NCBI GenBank assembly: GCA_020137815.1
Contig: CM035360.1
Span: forward strand, 5,890,001-5,954,000
DNA length: 64,000 bases
Source: Hormiphora californensis
Lineage: Eukaryota > Animalia > Ctenophora
Direction of reading: 5' to 3'
In this document: positions 52,176 through 64,000 of the stretch, piece after piece
How the letters are laid out: each line of letters opens with the position of its first letter
How positions within the stretch are numbered: position 1 is the first letter of the stretch
The notes under the pieces: generated by a model
What the model was told of the DNA's origin: nothing
Database searches by the model: none
Seen by the model: the letters and a program-made list of their open reading frames with translations, nothing else
Program-made: the position numbers and the translations under genes

Positions 52176-53510
52176 ACATCATTTTCGATGTCACTATGGG
52201 GGCCTACGATGGAGCTGAAACATGCGAAATTGTGGGTCTATACATGCTCAACAAGGTCTCGAGCTGTATCCCAAAAGAGAGCCATGGGTTGTACAGGGAT
52301 GATGGGCTGATCATCGTGGAAGAGCCAAACGGACCCAAAATGGAGAGGATCAGGAAAGATTTGATATCAATCTTCCAGGAGGAAGGGTTGAAAATCGAGG
52401 TATCAATGCCATCGGAGTACATCAACTTTCTTGACACCACGATGAGAAATGATGGTACATTCATGCCATTTCGCAAGGATGGAAAAACCTCGAATTATGT
52501 TCATAGCTCATCCAACCATCCGCCAACTGTGCTGAAGAACATCCCTGACATGGTAATGGATCGCATAAGACGATTGTCATCCAGTCCAAGTGCTTTCCAA
52601 GCGGCACGATATCACTACCAAGGAGCTTTGGAGCAGAGTGGTTACAAGGGCTTCTCAACGGAATATAAAGACGTGGCGAGAAAAGGGAAAAAGAAAAGGA
52701 AAGGACGGCGAAGGGTAATATGGTTTAACCCACCATTTTCTGTGGATGTTGAAACGGACCTGGGACGAAAGTTTCTTGGTTTAGTGGCAAGGCACTTTCC
52801 AGCAGGACACATTTACAGCCAGATCTTCAACAAAAACACTCTCAAGGTATCATACAGTTGCATGAAAAACATGGAATCGAGGATAAAGGCCCACAACAAA
52901 AAACTCACACATGGGGGCCCGAAACCAACAGATGTGCCTGATAAATTATGCAACTGTAAGGACAAGGGAAGTTGTCCATTGGATGGAAAGTGCCTCACCG
53001 AATCATTGGTATACGAAGCTCAACTGAAGACCAGCTGCAACCAGAAATTTCTCTACATCGGGTTAACAGGGAACTCATTTAAAACCCGATTCAGCCAGCA
53101 CAAGCACACATTCAACAACTCCGAAAAAAGAACATCTACAAGGCTGTCTGAAAAGGTGTGGGAGTTGAAGGACAGGGGGATCACATTCGGGATCACTTGG
53201 AAAGTGAGGAAAAAGGGAAGACCGTACAGAATTGGGGATCGGTTCTGTGACCTGTGCACTACCGAGAAGATGGAGATTTTGATGGAGTCCAGGAACCACC
53301 AACTCCTAAACCGGAGAAGCGAGATCATGGGTAGTTGCAGACATCACAAGAAATACAATCTCTAATTGGATGGCTTTATGAAGGAGCAAACAAGAAACCT
53401 GGAACGGGACAAGTGTGATTCAGTTCTGATGAAATACAATTTTGTATTGAAACATGTGTAAACTGTTGAACTAAACTTCCTTGTTTTTATTTGTACATCA
53501 ATAATATAAA
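52176..53510 (+). mobile_element. 5'-truncated Penelope-like element (RT C-terminal part plus GIY-YIG endonuclease), Naiad/Neptune-type; ORF 52196..53365
   Basis: FDVTMGAYDGAE, YRDDGL, NFLD, SNHPP, WFNPPFS, VSYSCMKNM, CNC..CPLDGKC, LVY...YIGLT...FKTRF..H, CDLC.TEK, LLNRRSE..CRH. Confidence 0.93.
53421..53465 (+). ncRNA. Minimal type I hammerhead ribozyme in the Penelope 3' region (pLTR)
   Basis: CAGTT-CTGATGA-AATACA(ATTT)TGTATT-GAAAC-ATGT-GTA-AACTG: stem I, CUGAUGA core, stem II, GAAA, short palindromic stem III, GUA cleavage triplet. Confidence 0.85.
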
Positions 53511-55417
53511 TATGTTACGGTAACTTACAGTTTGCCTAGCTCGATCCCTTTACAAATGTAAAGGGAGGGTTAGAACATAACAACTTACAGTGTAACACAG
53601 TCATGTGTGTACTGTGTACCCCACATAGAGTTTGACAAATTAAGGGGCCCCTTTACGGTAACAATATAATATTCCTCTTGTGTGACAATTAGTAGTAAGT
53701 GATGGTGCATCGAGCCATCATGGCAAATCATGCATGGATGATTGCACCGATTGACCAACTCGATTCCTACAACAATCACAGCGGTAGAACAATATAATAC
53801 CGCTATCATGCCTTGTTCCACCCTCTATCTATTGATCTCCCGTGAATAGTGTTGGGTTGCATGATGGTTCTCACACGCCCTCTCTCTATTCTCCCTGATC
53901 TACAATTATCACAGAATGACAGATCTATTCCAAGGAAGGGGTGTATCATAAGGGGGGGGGAGTGTGTAGAGATCAGCAGAACAACAACTCCAACCCTCCC
54001 ATATAGGTCGAGTAATGACTACTACAAGAGTGAAGTAATGACATATATCATCGGTAAAAAATGAAGACTATAGAAGCTCTGAAGTTTAGACAATAGGTGG
54101 AACGCTAAACAATATATTGCGGATATAATAATTGTGAAAGATGAATGTAGACCTGTCATGGTACACATGATCTATTCAATACTAAACGGTACCGGCCTTT
54201 CAAAGAGAATATAGTATATTGTAAGGAATTATATAATGAACAATAGCATGAATGTATTTGTTGAGTAAGGGGTGGATAGCATGGATGTCTAAATAGCTAA
54301 TATAACCCCAATATACTACCCATGAGTAGCACGTTGAAAATTGAGATGGATTCTCGGTACATGGCAGCACACACATATTGTACCTCATAAAACTTCATAG
54401 TTCATATACGTCGTGAAGCTCGAAGGATTAATAAGACAGATATATCTTCATGGCAGACGTATAGAGGTAGAGATGGAGAGATTGCTATAATTCGTCTACC
54501 GTCGTGACGCGGTTAAGCCCTTGAAATTAGAAAGCTGCTGTTTCAACTTGACATAATTGAAAGGTCAGAATTCATCTCCCCAATTAGTCATTAGTAATTC
54601 ATTGCAGCTCCTAGACCTCCTTATTGAGTAAAGATCTCCCTAATTAGTCTCATAATCTAAACTAGTTTACCGCCAAAAAAGGTTAAAAAGAAACAAGCTC
54701 GACTTGAATTTGTCATTTACATAACGGAATCGATTCATTACTGAAATTTTTACGAAAAGAAAAAAATATGAAAAAAATCAGTTTTAACTTTTTTGTGAAA
54801 GCTGAACTCCAATTCTAGTACATACGCCAAGTACCAACAAAATAAATCACTAATTAAGGGTCATCAGCAATACTCTTTAGGAGAAATAGAGAGAAGATTC
54901 CATTACATAGAAAGTAAAGGGAGACAGGGGGATATTGAATAAGAGAAAGGAGACTGCAGCTGGGATATTGAATAAGTTCCTATGTGCCCTGGAGCTCATT
55001 ATCCATCTCATTAGGAACACATGGGATAAGACACTGACATATGCAGGATAAGACAAAAGGGATGGCTTTATACTGCTATAAGATGAACTAGAATGACGTA
55101 GGTAGATCTCTGTCTCACATATGATACGTATATTTACATGTCCTAACTATCTGTGCCTGCACAACTACATAAAATTGTTGAGTAAGTAACCCCCTTACCA
55201 TAACTTATAAAACATATAACCATATAACATGTAACCATCATAATATGATACTAAATTGTATCGACGGGAGATCAATTATTTTAAGTTCGGCACGTTTTAT
55301 TCTGCACACACACACACACGAACACACACGAATTCAACGAACACGTGGCAATGGATGGCAGTGAGTGGACGACAACAACAACATCATCTCGCCAGCCCCG
55401 AGAGAGTGTGTGTGTCG

Positions 55418-55699
55418 CGTGATGGCCGTACGTTAGGCGGTATCTAAGCGACAGACTGCTCCTTCATAAAACACTTTATAGGCCCAAAGCTGTAAAGCTG
55501 TTGCTCACACTTTTGGAACTTCCAATGGAAGTTTCTTAATATTTCGAATGACTTTGAACAAGCCAGTCCCCATATTTACCAATTCAGTTGCCATGGTAAC
55601 CGTGTTATTGACGTTGAAAGGGGCAAAAAGAACCACCCGGCTTCGCCGGGTGGGTTAACAAAAAGCCCTTACTTGAGGCGCACCCAATGGGTGCGCTAG
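55418..55699 (+). mobile_element. Third copy of the non-autonomous Helitron (5' end unclear)
   Basis: Colinear with 30163-30436; ends GCGCACCCAATGGGTGCGCTAG|T. Confidence 0.8.
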
Positions 55700-55794
55700 T
55701 TCTAGTAAGAGAGACGAAAGGTAGACAAGGAGAGATTAGTACCAAACGCGACAAGTGAGTGGAATTACGTGGTTATATATATATATTATATATA

Positions 55795-56573
55795 GGGTAA
55801 ACCGGGGCAAAATGGTTAACTTTTTACTTAATCGGTTCTCACTCCCATTTAAAAAAAGATACAATGAAAAAAATTATATAGGATTAAAGTTCATTATTTT
55901 ATCTTTCAAATAAGATAAATTTCAACTATAGGGACCATCATTTACTTAACTAAATAACTAATTGAAAAATTTTGGTCGGAAAAATTGGTACCGGGGCAAT
56001 TCGAGCATCACCAATAGGAGTGCTTTATTTCGTCACGTGGGAGTCACGTGAACGTCCTCACAACACCAGAAGAAGATTCCCGCCTGGTGTTGTTAGAGGT
56101 GGGGGCAATTCGAACAATGTAATCTACACGCAATCTACACGCTGGTCGTTCTTGCTCGAATTGCCCCGGTATCACGCGTGATCACGTGGTGCAAAGAACT
56201 GTACATCATTGGCCCGGGAGTTAACCAAATTGCCCCGGTGTGTTAACCAAATTGCCCATGTTCGAATTGCCCCGGTTGTTCGAATTGCCCCGGTAATCTT
56301 AATTTACCAGAATTTGGAATGAAAACATGCGAATATTCAAATAATTTTTATACCATCTGAAAGCTGATATTATTAGCTTTCAGCTGGTTTTTTCAAATCG
56401 GAAATTGACCAACTTAAACCGGATCTAGAGCCTATTTAGTGGTAACGGGCAGGCTCGAACGAGCAGTTTTCTTCTGGAGATAGGATGACGTCATTATGAT
56501 AGCTTAACTAGGTGAGAGACGGGCAGTACTATGTTCGAATTGCCCCAGTTGTTCGAATTGCCCCGGTTTACCC
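55795..56573. mobile_element. TA-targeting MITE (GGGTAAACCGGGGCAA TIRs) with internal TTCGAATTGCCCCGG repeats
   Basis: TATA|GGGTAAACCGGGGCAA...TTGCCCCGGTTTACCC|TATA, embedded in a (TA)n tract. Confidence 0.85.
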
Positions 56574-56754
56574 TATATATATATATTATATATATATTCT
56601 TAACATGAGTAGAGACTGCTTTGGTTGCAGCGTTGATTATTGGATATGGTTGTTATGTTCAAACCCTTCTTACCATTTGTAAGCGAGCGGGGCGACGAAA
56701 CACAGTCTAGCTAGGCAAGGGATATGGGACAATTTGGTAATATACCAATTCTTG

Positions 56755-56968
56755 GTGTTAGAGCGAAATAGCGCTAATTAGCGCTAATTAGCGATAGCGC
56801 TATTTATCGATAGCGCTAATAGCACTATTTCACAAAATAGCGCTTTTTTACCGATAATTAGCGCTAATTAGCCATCAAAAATAGCGCTAATTAGCGGTAG
56901 CGCTATTTTAGCGCTTTTTATAACCGCTAATCGGGCAATTTTTCTAAAAAAATAGCGCTATTAACACT
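56755..56968. repeat. TAGCGCTA-rich palindromic repeat cluster, probable MITE
   Basis: More than 10 AGCGCT/TAGCG motifs bounded by GTGTTA...TAACAC. Confidence 0.6.
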
Positions 56969-57371
56969 TACCAAAATGGTAGAAGGGCCATGGCCCTAGA
57001 ACACCGCCATGTGGCGGTTTTAACCGCCACGTGGCGGCGGGACGTGGCGTTAATCCCTTTTGTTTCTTCACCACCGTTTTACCCTGTTTTTTTTGTCCCT
57101 TCAGCTCTGATCACTGTCTTCACGCGCTCCAAGAATAGGGCCAGGCCAATAAATGCTCTGACAGAAGCGCTCGCTTTCAGCCCGGTGTGAGAACATGTCA
57201 AATAAGGCTGTAATAATATGATGACATTAAATGAATGATAACCGTTCATTAAGCTCAACAACTTCACAGCAATACCTGAGCACACTATTTGTTTATGTTA
57301 CGGATAGTACCTATATGCTAATAGCCTTAAAGCCTCTCGCTAGACACGTGCTGCTATAACAGTACTAGGAG

Positions 57372-58104
57372 CTGTCAGAGCATTGGCCTGACAGGAGTAC
57401 AGGGTGTCCCACTGTCTTTGCGTAACCTGCGATTTTGCTTCATGACCGGGCTTAGGGTCTGACTGTGGTCTGAAACCCCCTAGGAGAACAGAACTTTTCT
57501 GGATCACCTTTTCGAGACGAATCTAACGCAACCGGGTCCGGCCTTCATTAAATTTATCAAAACTCGAAAGCCAACTCTTAATCGAGGGCTGCAAGCTAGC
57601 TCTGATCGCTCTCCCTTCCTCCACCACATTTTTGTTTATTGCCGTACATGACAGACCTATAGCACAGTACACAACGCTCGAGAGCGCAATAAACAGAAAT
57701 GTTCTCCCTCTCTCAGTCTCAAGGGGGCATACACGGAGTAATGAGTATGTAATCATCGTGTATGTCCTCTGTTCCTGCTTGGGTCATGTTGAGTAAGCTG
57801 GGTCACTCAACAATGTGTGGGTAGGCAAGAATGAACTAGACTGAATCTAACATGCGTCCCTGGTCAGATTTAAAGAAATGACATATGAATCTAGCATGAA
57901 TATATATATCAGAAGTTTTGACTACTAGTATTTAGGATGTCACCAAGCGGAGAAGACAGCTCAGAAGGTCTCCATGGGTGTGCAGCAGTGTACTCTGGGC
58001 ACGTCTCGCCCCCATTTGTGCGCCCGTGGAGCGATCCCCTCCCACAGTACACACAGTGCACAGTAAAGGACATGAGATCAGCTGTCCGGCCAATGCTCTG
58101 ACAG
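57372..58104. mobile_element. Two 23-bp single-box micro-transposons (57372-57394 plus, 58082-58104 minus)
   Basis: Second copy has TSD GAGATCAG/CAGATCAG. First lacks a clear TSD and abuts a TACAGGGTGTCCC mariner-like end. Confidence 0.7.
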
Positions 58105-58547
58105 CAGATCAGTGTAACAGTGTGACACAATACAGAATACGTCTGACTCCTTTGTTACGCACCGTAGCCGAGGTCTACCTTAATTATTTTAATCGTTCTA
58201 GCTTATCCGGTGGGGAGAGAGTCACGAAAAGATTTTATAACCCTTACATAATAAATTTGGTGATAAAATGTCTCCCCTCTACGGGCCACTAACTGTCAGC
58301 CTTTCTGCATGGGTTCACATGATCTCAGCCTAATCTTTAACAATCCACAAAAGGCAAGAGAGAGAGAGAAGGAGAGAGCGGAGAGGGAGCGAGAAGAGAC
58401 AGAGAGAGGAGGAGAGGAGAGCGAGAGAGAGAGGGAGGAGCGCGAGAGAGGACTAGAGAGCAGAGCGGGAGAGCGCGGAGAAAGAGCGAGAGAGAGCGAG
58501 CGAGCGCGAGCGAGAGCGAGCGAGCGAGAGAGAAGGAAGCGAGAGCG

Positions 58548-58584
<37 letters not shown>

Positions 58585-58737
58585 AGAGTAGAGAGATAGA
58601 GAGGAGAGAGCGCAAATCTCTGCTGCGATCGACGAGAGGAGCGAGGAGAGCTATCGGCGAGAGCGCGATGAGCTCTAGAGCTCGAGCTCTCGGTGCATAC
58701 GCGTCTAGAGCTATCCGCTCGATGCTCTCTCTCTCAG

Positions 58738-58798
<61 letters not shown>

Positions 58799-58900
58799 TC
58801 TCTCTCACCCTCCTCTCTCTCCTCTCTCTCTCCCCTCCTCTCCAGCCACCCACGTTTGCCATGTCCTGCTGCTGCAAAGGGTGGACGGTAATTTCTTGCA

Positions 58901-61363
58901 ATGATAACTTCTCCTTCGTTGCTCCTCCTCCTTCTGCTCTGGACCAGCCCGGCCCTCACTCAGGATGACTGGAGCTGGAAATGGCCGGACACAACTGGAA
59001 CTGATGAACCTATCAATACACCCAACCCAATAAATGATCTCACCATCGATTTTACTGCCATCTTCAATACGGTAAATCCGTCGGATGTCCCGGAAACGGA
59101 TGCCCCGGTTGACCTGACAACGAGAGTTCCCGCGGTAACGGAGCAGATCACCGCGGCAACCGCCCAGCCGTGGGATGACGACAAAAAGCCTCGGATCACC
59201 ACCCATCCCAGGAACGTGACTGTAGCCCCGGGAAGTATCGCTAACTTTAGGTGTGAAGCCACGGGAACCATCAACCCTATGATGGTCATTGTGAAAGAGG
59301 ACAGCGATTTTGAGATCCCTGCCTTCCACAAGGATAACAGGGATGAGTCCGATCAGCCGACCATCGAGCAGGATCTACTAGTTGGACCTGTTACTAAACT
59401 TGATGAGGGGTGGTATGTGTGCATTGCTGCCAACTTCTACGGTAACATCAAATCTAAAGCGTACCTAAAAGTTCTGGACCTGTGTGCAACTGTCACGTGT
59501 AAACCCCCCAAAGTGTGTGTTCAGGACTACAATACCGCCACTGCATCGTGTGCGTGCCCCCGTATGATCTGTGACGAGAACGACTTCGATCCCGTCTGTG
59601 GATCTGACTGCAAGACCCACTACAACCCCTGCACCTTCAACCAAACAAGCTGTGAGAATGACTATGATTCCAGCACCGTTCTCTTCAAGGGGCAATGTGC
59701 AGCTGCTGTGTTCACCGAGCCAGTGGTGGATCTGCTTAACGATGTGGAGATGATTGTGGATGAGGAGGATACGGTCAAGTTTAGGGCACGGATCGGAGGA
59801 AACCCTCTCCCCTCTGTGGAGTGGCTAAAAGTTGACAAAGATGGGGAAATAATGGAAAGCGTAGGAAAAGGTAAGAGCTTTTCAAATTCTTCAATTTGGC
59901 ATAATAATCCCCGTTCGAGATTCAGTTAAATGGCATTTCCACTTGTCAGCTGTCGCAAAAATGAATTAGCGTAAGAAAAATAGAAACAGACGACAAAGGA
60001 AAGAGTGAGAGAGATAAGGAGAGAAATCAACTAAACCCAATATTGTACAATTTTGACATATTAAATTGCTTCTTCATGTTACATGATCATAATACTTATA
60101 ATATTAATTATACCAAAACTAATTGAAATTAGTAGGCCGGAAAGGTTGCCCTATGATTTGAGCTACATTTGCCACCGTAACTTTCATGGGGTACAGATGC
60201 TTCGTTTAGCTTCAAAAGGGAGTTTACTGGTGCCAAAGGTAGCTCAAATCATAGGGCAACCTTTCCGGCCTACTAATTTCAATTAGTTTTGGTATAATTT
60301 GCATCATTTTTGGGATTTTTTATCCATTTAGATTGTAGTAGAAAAAGTACGGAGAGGATGGAATCGGAAAGTTAAAATTTTTTCATTTTTGACGTCATTT
60401 TGACGTCATAACGCGACGTCACAACGTTATGACGTCATTATAATTACGTAATCTCATCGGGATTACCTAGATGAAGATATTGACCAAGTTTGATATCGAT
60501 TGGATGAGATTTGAGTCCGCTATGGCGAAAAAACCCATATCGTCATATCTGTTTTTAAACAGTCATAACACTTTAGACGCGTTTTAAGACCCTTATACGT
60601 CTAGTTTTGAAAATTCGCAATGCAGCTTCTGAAAGTTCAGACAATTCTCTTTCCGTGATATAGTCTTCGTTTTTCGATTAGAATCCGTCTTCAGGGTGTA
60701 AATTGAGCTCAAAGAATTTTGGTCAGAGTCTGAAAAATGGCGACTTTAAGACGTTCTGTAGGACGTTCCTGGCGATGAAAAGGGACCCCACCTCAACTAA
60801 TACACACACATCCAGTAGATCTACCAGCTGTGAAAACGGGAAATTGCTATCTCTTTTCGTTTGGCGTGAATATGGTTTATAAAAAGCGTCTATCCTATGC
60901 GCAGTGACAGACCGCGCGTGCGCATTGCGCGCACACGCGGTCTGTTACACTGAATCTTCAGCAAATGGGACCAGTCTGTAACTTCCGTCCCAGATGAGAT
61001 AGAGACTTGAAATTTTAAACTTAAGTAAAAGACCCCAAGCCGGGTATACATTCCAAATTTCAAGTCAAACGGATGAAAGGGAGCGACGCTATAACCTTTC
61101 GAAATCCGGTTTTTCAGGCAAAACACCCATAAAACGTATAACTGCGTTTCTGGCGGCGCTTTTGGGGGGAGGGGGAATGGCAACCTTTGCGCTTGCCAGC
61201 GCAGTGATAATATGCTAGATAGCACACCAAAAGGTTTCGCTTCAAGCAATTTGGAACTAGCGAAAATCGAGATTACTCGGTTTTTGCTAGATCCAAGTCA
61301 TGCAGTGTCTGCATATAGTACAACTTTATACAAGTACTGCTAACGATGACCTCTAACCAGTTG

Positions 61364-61430
<67 letters not shown>

Positions 61431-63832
61431 TCTCTATCTCTATCTCTCTCTATCTCTATCTCTCAAAGGTGAATGATGTTTGAGGTAAGAAGGTGCTAAA
61501 TGTTGCACCTGTAAAACACATCTGAGACTCAGTATAAAGGAAGAAAGCCATTAAATACAACCGTTTAGTACACTTGGGGGGGTTTAAATTGTTTTTTCTC
61601 AAATCTTCTTCGTACATGACTGGCAATACTGTAATACTAATACGGGACGTCGATACGAAGCACGTGTTAAATTTCAAATCTGTCACAATGTTAATGAAAG
61701 TTGGTTCAACCATTAAAATTTATTGGACAATTTAATTAGAGGACCCCTTCCAACTTACATCACACAACTTCAACTTATTTATTTTATCATCATTTGGGGG
61801 ATTATTCCGATAAATTTAGATTCCTTTCTTGATTGTAATGGCTGAATGCCAAGGCCCCAAAAATACTATCAGAAAATTGGCCTGACCCTATTCGGAGCGC
61901 CGAGCGTACAAGAGCCGCGGTCATAGTATTGATCTGACAGTCAAAAGATGATATTTAATTGCTAACAGCTACCTCCAACCTCAGGTGTAGAGATTGTCAT
62001 TCCCTCCGTGACCCCCGCCATGTCGGGAAGATACGTTGCCAGGGCTACCAACTGTGAGACCGATCATCAGTTTAGCAGGAGCTTCGTTTTAGAGGTACAG
62101 CCCCATGATTTCTAATGGGATTGGTATCCACTATGTAACCCACTTGTTGCCCTTAAGACATGCACCTTCACTGCACTGTGCAGGTTGAATTGAACTGAAT
62201 TTTAATTGAGTAACTAAAAGACTGCCCTCTCATCTCCGAACAGTGTGTGCGATGTTTTTACGAACCATCAATTTATAGGTGCTTATAGAAATGATGTTCT
62301 CTTTTAATTTTGTAACAACTTCATTATCTAGGTTGAGCCAAAGCCAGTTGAACCAGCGAAAGAGGTTGATACCAAGGTGAATGTGTGCAGTATATTCGGG
62401 GACCCCCATATTCTAACATACGACGCTCACACCTACAACTTTGCTGGTAAGTTGTTACTCACACTGCAGGCAGGTAGTCGAATACAGTTTACTAAACTAT
62501 TATAGTGTTATAGTGTAAGTAAACTATAGTCTGACTAAATATATGTAGGTAAACCTTAGCTATTGTTAGTGTAAATTTAGAGGAAGGTGCACTACAAATC
62601 ATAACCGCGATTCAAGAAAGCTTTCTGATACCCAAGCCTATGTTTTAATTTCCTTGATCCCCGGCCACACAGGGAGTCCTACTGCCTAAATAATTAATTT
62701 TATGCTTTTTTATACTAATCCTATGCCTTTTTTTGGCTAACTCCTGTCAGAGCATTGGCCTGACCCATTCTCGTTTCTCGGAGCGCGAGAACTGTGGTCA
62801 GAGCATTGGCCTGACAGGCTAACTCAGTACTTCTTGGAAAAGTGGGGATATTATTGGAACTTGAATAAAAGTTTTACATCTTCTATCTTCCAGGGGAGTG
62901 CACGTATTTGTTATCAATGGATTGTACCAACTTTGTCTGGCTTGTGTATGGTGACTTCACACCCTGTGGAGCTGGAACGTGTCTTGAGCAGGTATAGTAT
63001 TGTGGACCTTTTATTGGGACGTCACCGGTCACATAAAAGTACAGTCGGACTCCAAGTTTACAATTGGTAGTACCAACCTGTTACCTTCTGATTGTGTGAA
63101 CCGAGGCCGGCATAACAACCAACAGTTTACTTGGTGACGAAGCTACCCCTCGCCATCGGGATAGCATCACAATTTCGTTACCAACAGTTTACCAGCTCCA
63201 AATTTTATAACCGTAACCCCGATTCACCGAATAAATAACTTTCCCCGATATGGTAGCAATAACTCAATAACTGTGCACGCTGATTTACCCTGCTGTAATC
63301 ATCGTTTCCCGAGAAACTCGGCAAATATAATTCTCGACTAGCTGCTATACGTAGTTACAATAAATACTGAAAGGTAGTATGATGCTACTAGCTCTCTCAA
63401 GTTGTCGTAATGGTGATTTAGTAGTAAAATAATTTCGAAAATTACACTTTTCCCTCTGACTCTCTCTCTCTCCCCCTCCAGCTCTCTCTCCCTCCAGCTC
63501 TCTCCCTCCAGCTCTCTCCCCCTCAAGCTCTATCCCTCTCCATATCCCTCTACCCACTGATCTATCTCCCACGGCAGGTTACGATATTCCATACCCCTCT
63601 ACCCCCTCTATTTCACTATCTCCATATCCTTCTACCCTCTCTATCTCCCACGGCAGGTTACGATATTCATTAACCAGCGGCCCGTCATCCTGATGAGAGG
63701 ATGGATAATAAACATCGACGGAGAGAAGAGGGAGTTTATACAGGGGGAGACAGTGAACACTGAGAACATGGTGTTCACATTCGATGGGATGATCCTTACC
63801 GGTCGGAATGACGACATTGGACTAACTATCAG
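58901..63832 (+). CDS. Secreted multidomain protein: signal peptide, Thr/Pro-rich linker, Ig, follistatin-N/Kazal, Ig, VWD (3' incomplete); exons 58901-59870, 61985-62094, 62332-62446, 62894-62991, 63657-63832
   Basis: MITSPSLLLLLLLWTSPALTQ signal; KPRITTHP..FRCEATG..DEGWYVCIAAN (Ig); CATVTCKPPKVC..CACP..PVCGSDCKTHYNPC (FOLN/Kazal); GNPLPSVEWLK..GRYVARATN (Ig); CSIFGDPHILTYDAHTYNFAGECTYLLSMDC (VWD). Junctions are in phase. Confidence 0.88.
60107..61208 (+). mobile_element. Helentron/DINE-1-like element, copy 2, in the first coding intron of the Ig/VWD gene
   Basis: Reverse-complement homolog of 51073-52175 with the same ends. Confidence 0.7.
62744..62817 (+). mobile_element. Micro-transposon, two-box form (a degenerate copy also at 61866-61940)
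   Basis: TSD GCTAACTC on both sides. Confidence 0.85.
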
Positions 63833-64000
63833 GTACTGCTGACTGCACTTATGATTGTGTTCTCTCTTATTTCTTAAGTGGGGGGTGGGGGGGGGGGTAA
63901 TGCATTATTGCATTCTGAGTGATAAAAGCACGAGAAAAAAAGCTCATATAATAAGCGACTGTTAAATGTGCTATCTGAAGATACATGACCGGCTAACTAA

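Noticed and set aside
53366-53420. Possible SECIS (ATGA...AA...TGAT), since some Naiad elements encode selenoproteins
   Set aside because: No pairing for the SECIS upper stem, and the visible ORF has no in-frame TGA.
58600-58730. Dense GAGCTC/CTCGAG palindromes suggesting a synthetic polylinker
   Set aside because: They lie in the loop between facing GA and CT tracts and use the same low-complexity alphabet; more likely degenerate repeat or base-calling noise.

Overview
Eukaryotic (animal) genomic DNA, rich in introns, (CT/GA)n microsatellites and small transposons. The gene divergence and repeat style suggest a non-bilaterian invertebrate such as a ctenophore; this is inference and unverified. 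Five spliced genes were assembled by hand with phase-consistent GT-AG introns: (1) an ANTP-class homeobox gene (+, 10.2-12.3 kb); (2) a complete 7-exon Gq-family G-alpha gene (-, 14432-18484); (3) a CC1-box coiled-coil protein of the CDR2/BICDR/HAP1 type (+, 25.2-28 kb); (4) a complete 19-exon class C (mGluR/CaSR-type) GPCR of about 861 aa (-, 34579-46590); (5) a secreted Ig-follistatin/Kazal-Ig-VWD protein that runs off the right edge (+, from 58901). Mobile DNA includes a LINE (ORF1 plus the start of an APE ORF2), a 5'-truncated Penelope-like element with a hammerhead ribozyme, Helitron and Helentron-type non-autonomous elements, and many fold-back MITEs with TA, TTAA or 9-bp target-site duplications (TSDs). 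The most notable observations are: a family of 23-88 bp micro-transposons with 8-bp TSDs built from one or two copies of a palindromic box; a natural Gly-to-Ser change in G-alpha switch I at the classical RGS-insensitivity position; a class C receptor that keeps the amino-acid-binding residues but lacks both glutamate-specificity residues; an AUG-less LINE ORF2 preceded by a canonical -1 slippery site; and a GAAAG-N13-CTTTC module shared by unrelated transposons. About 31.8-33.5 kb looks like unpolished, error-rich sequence.
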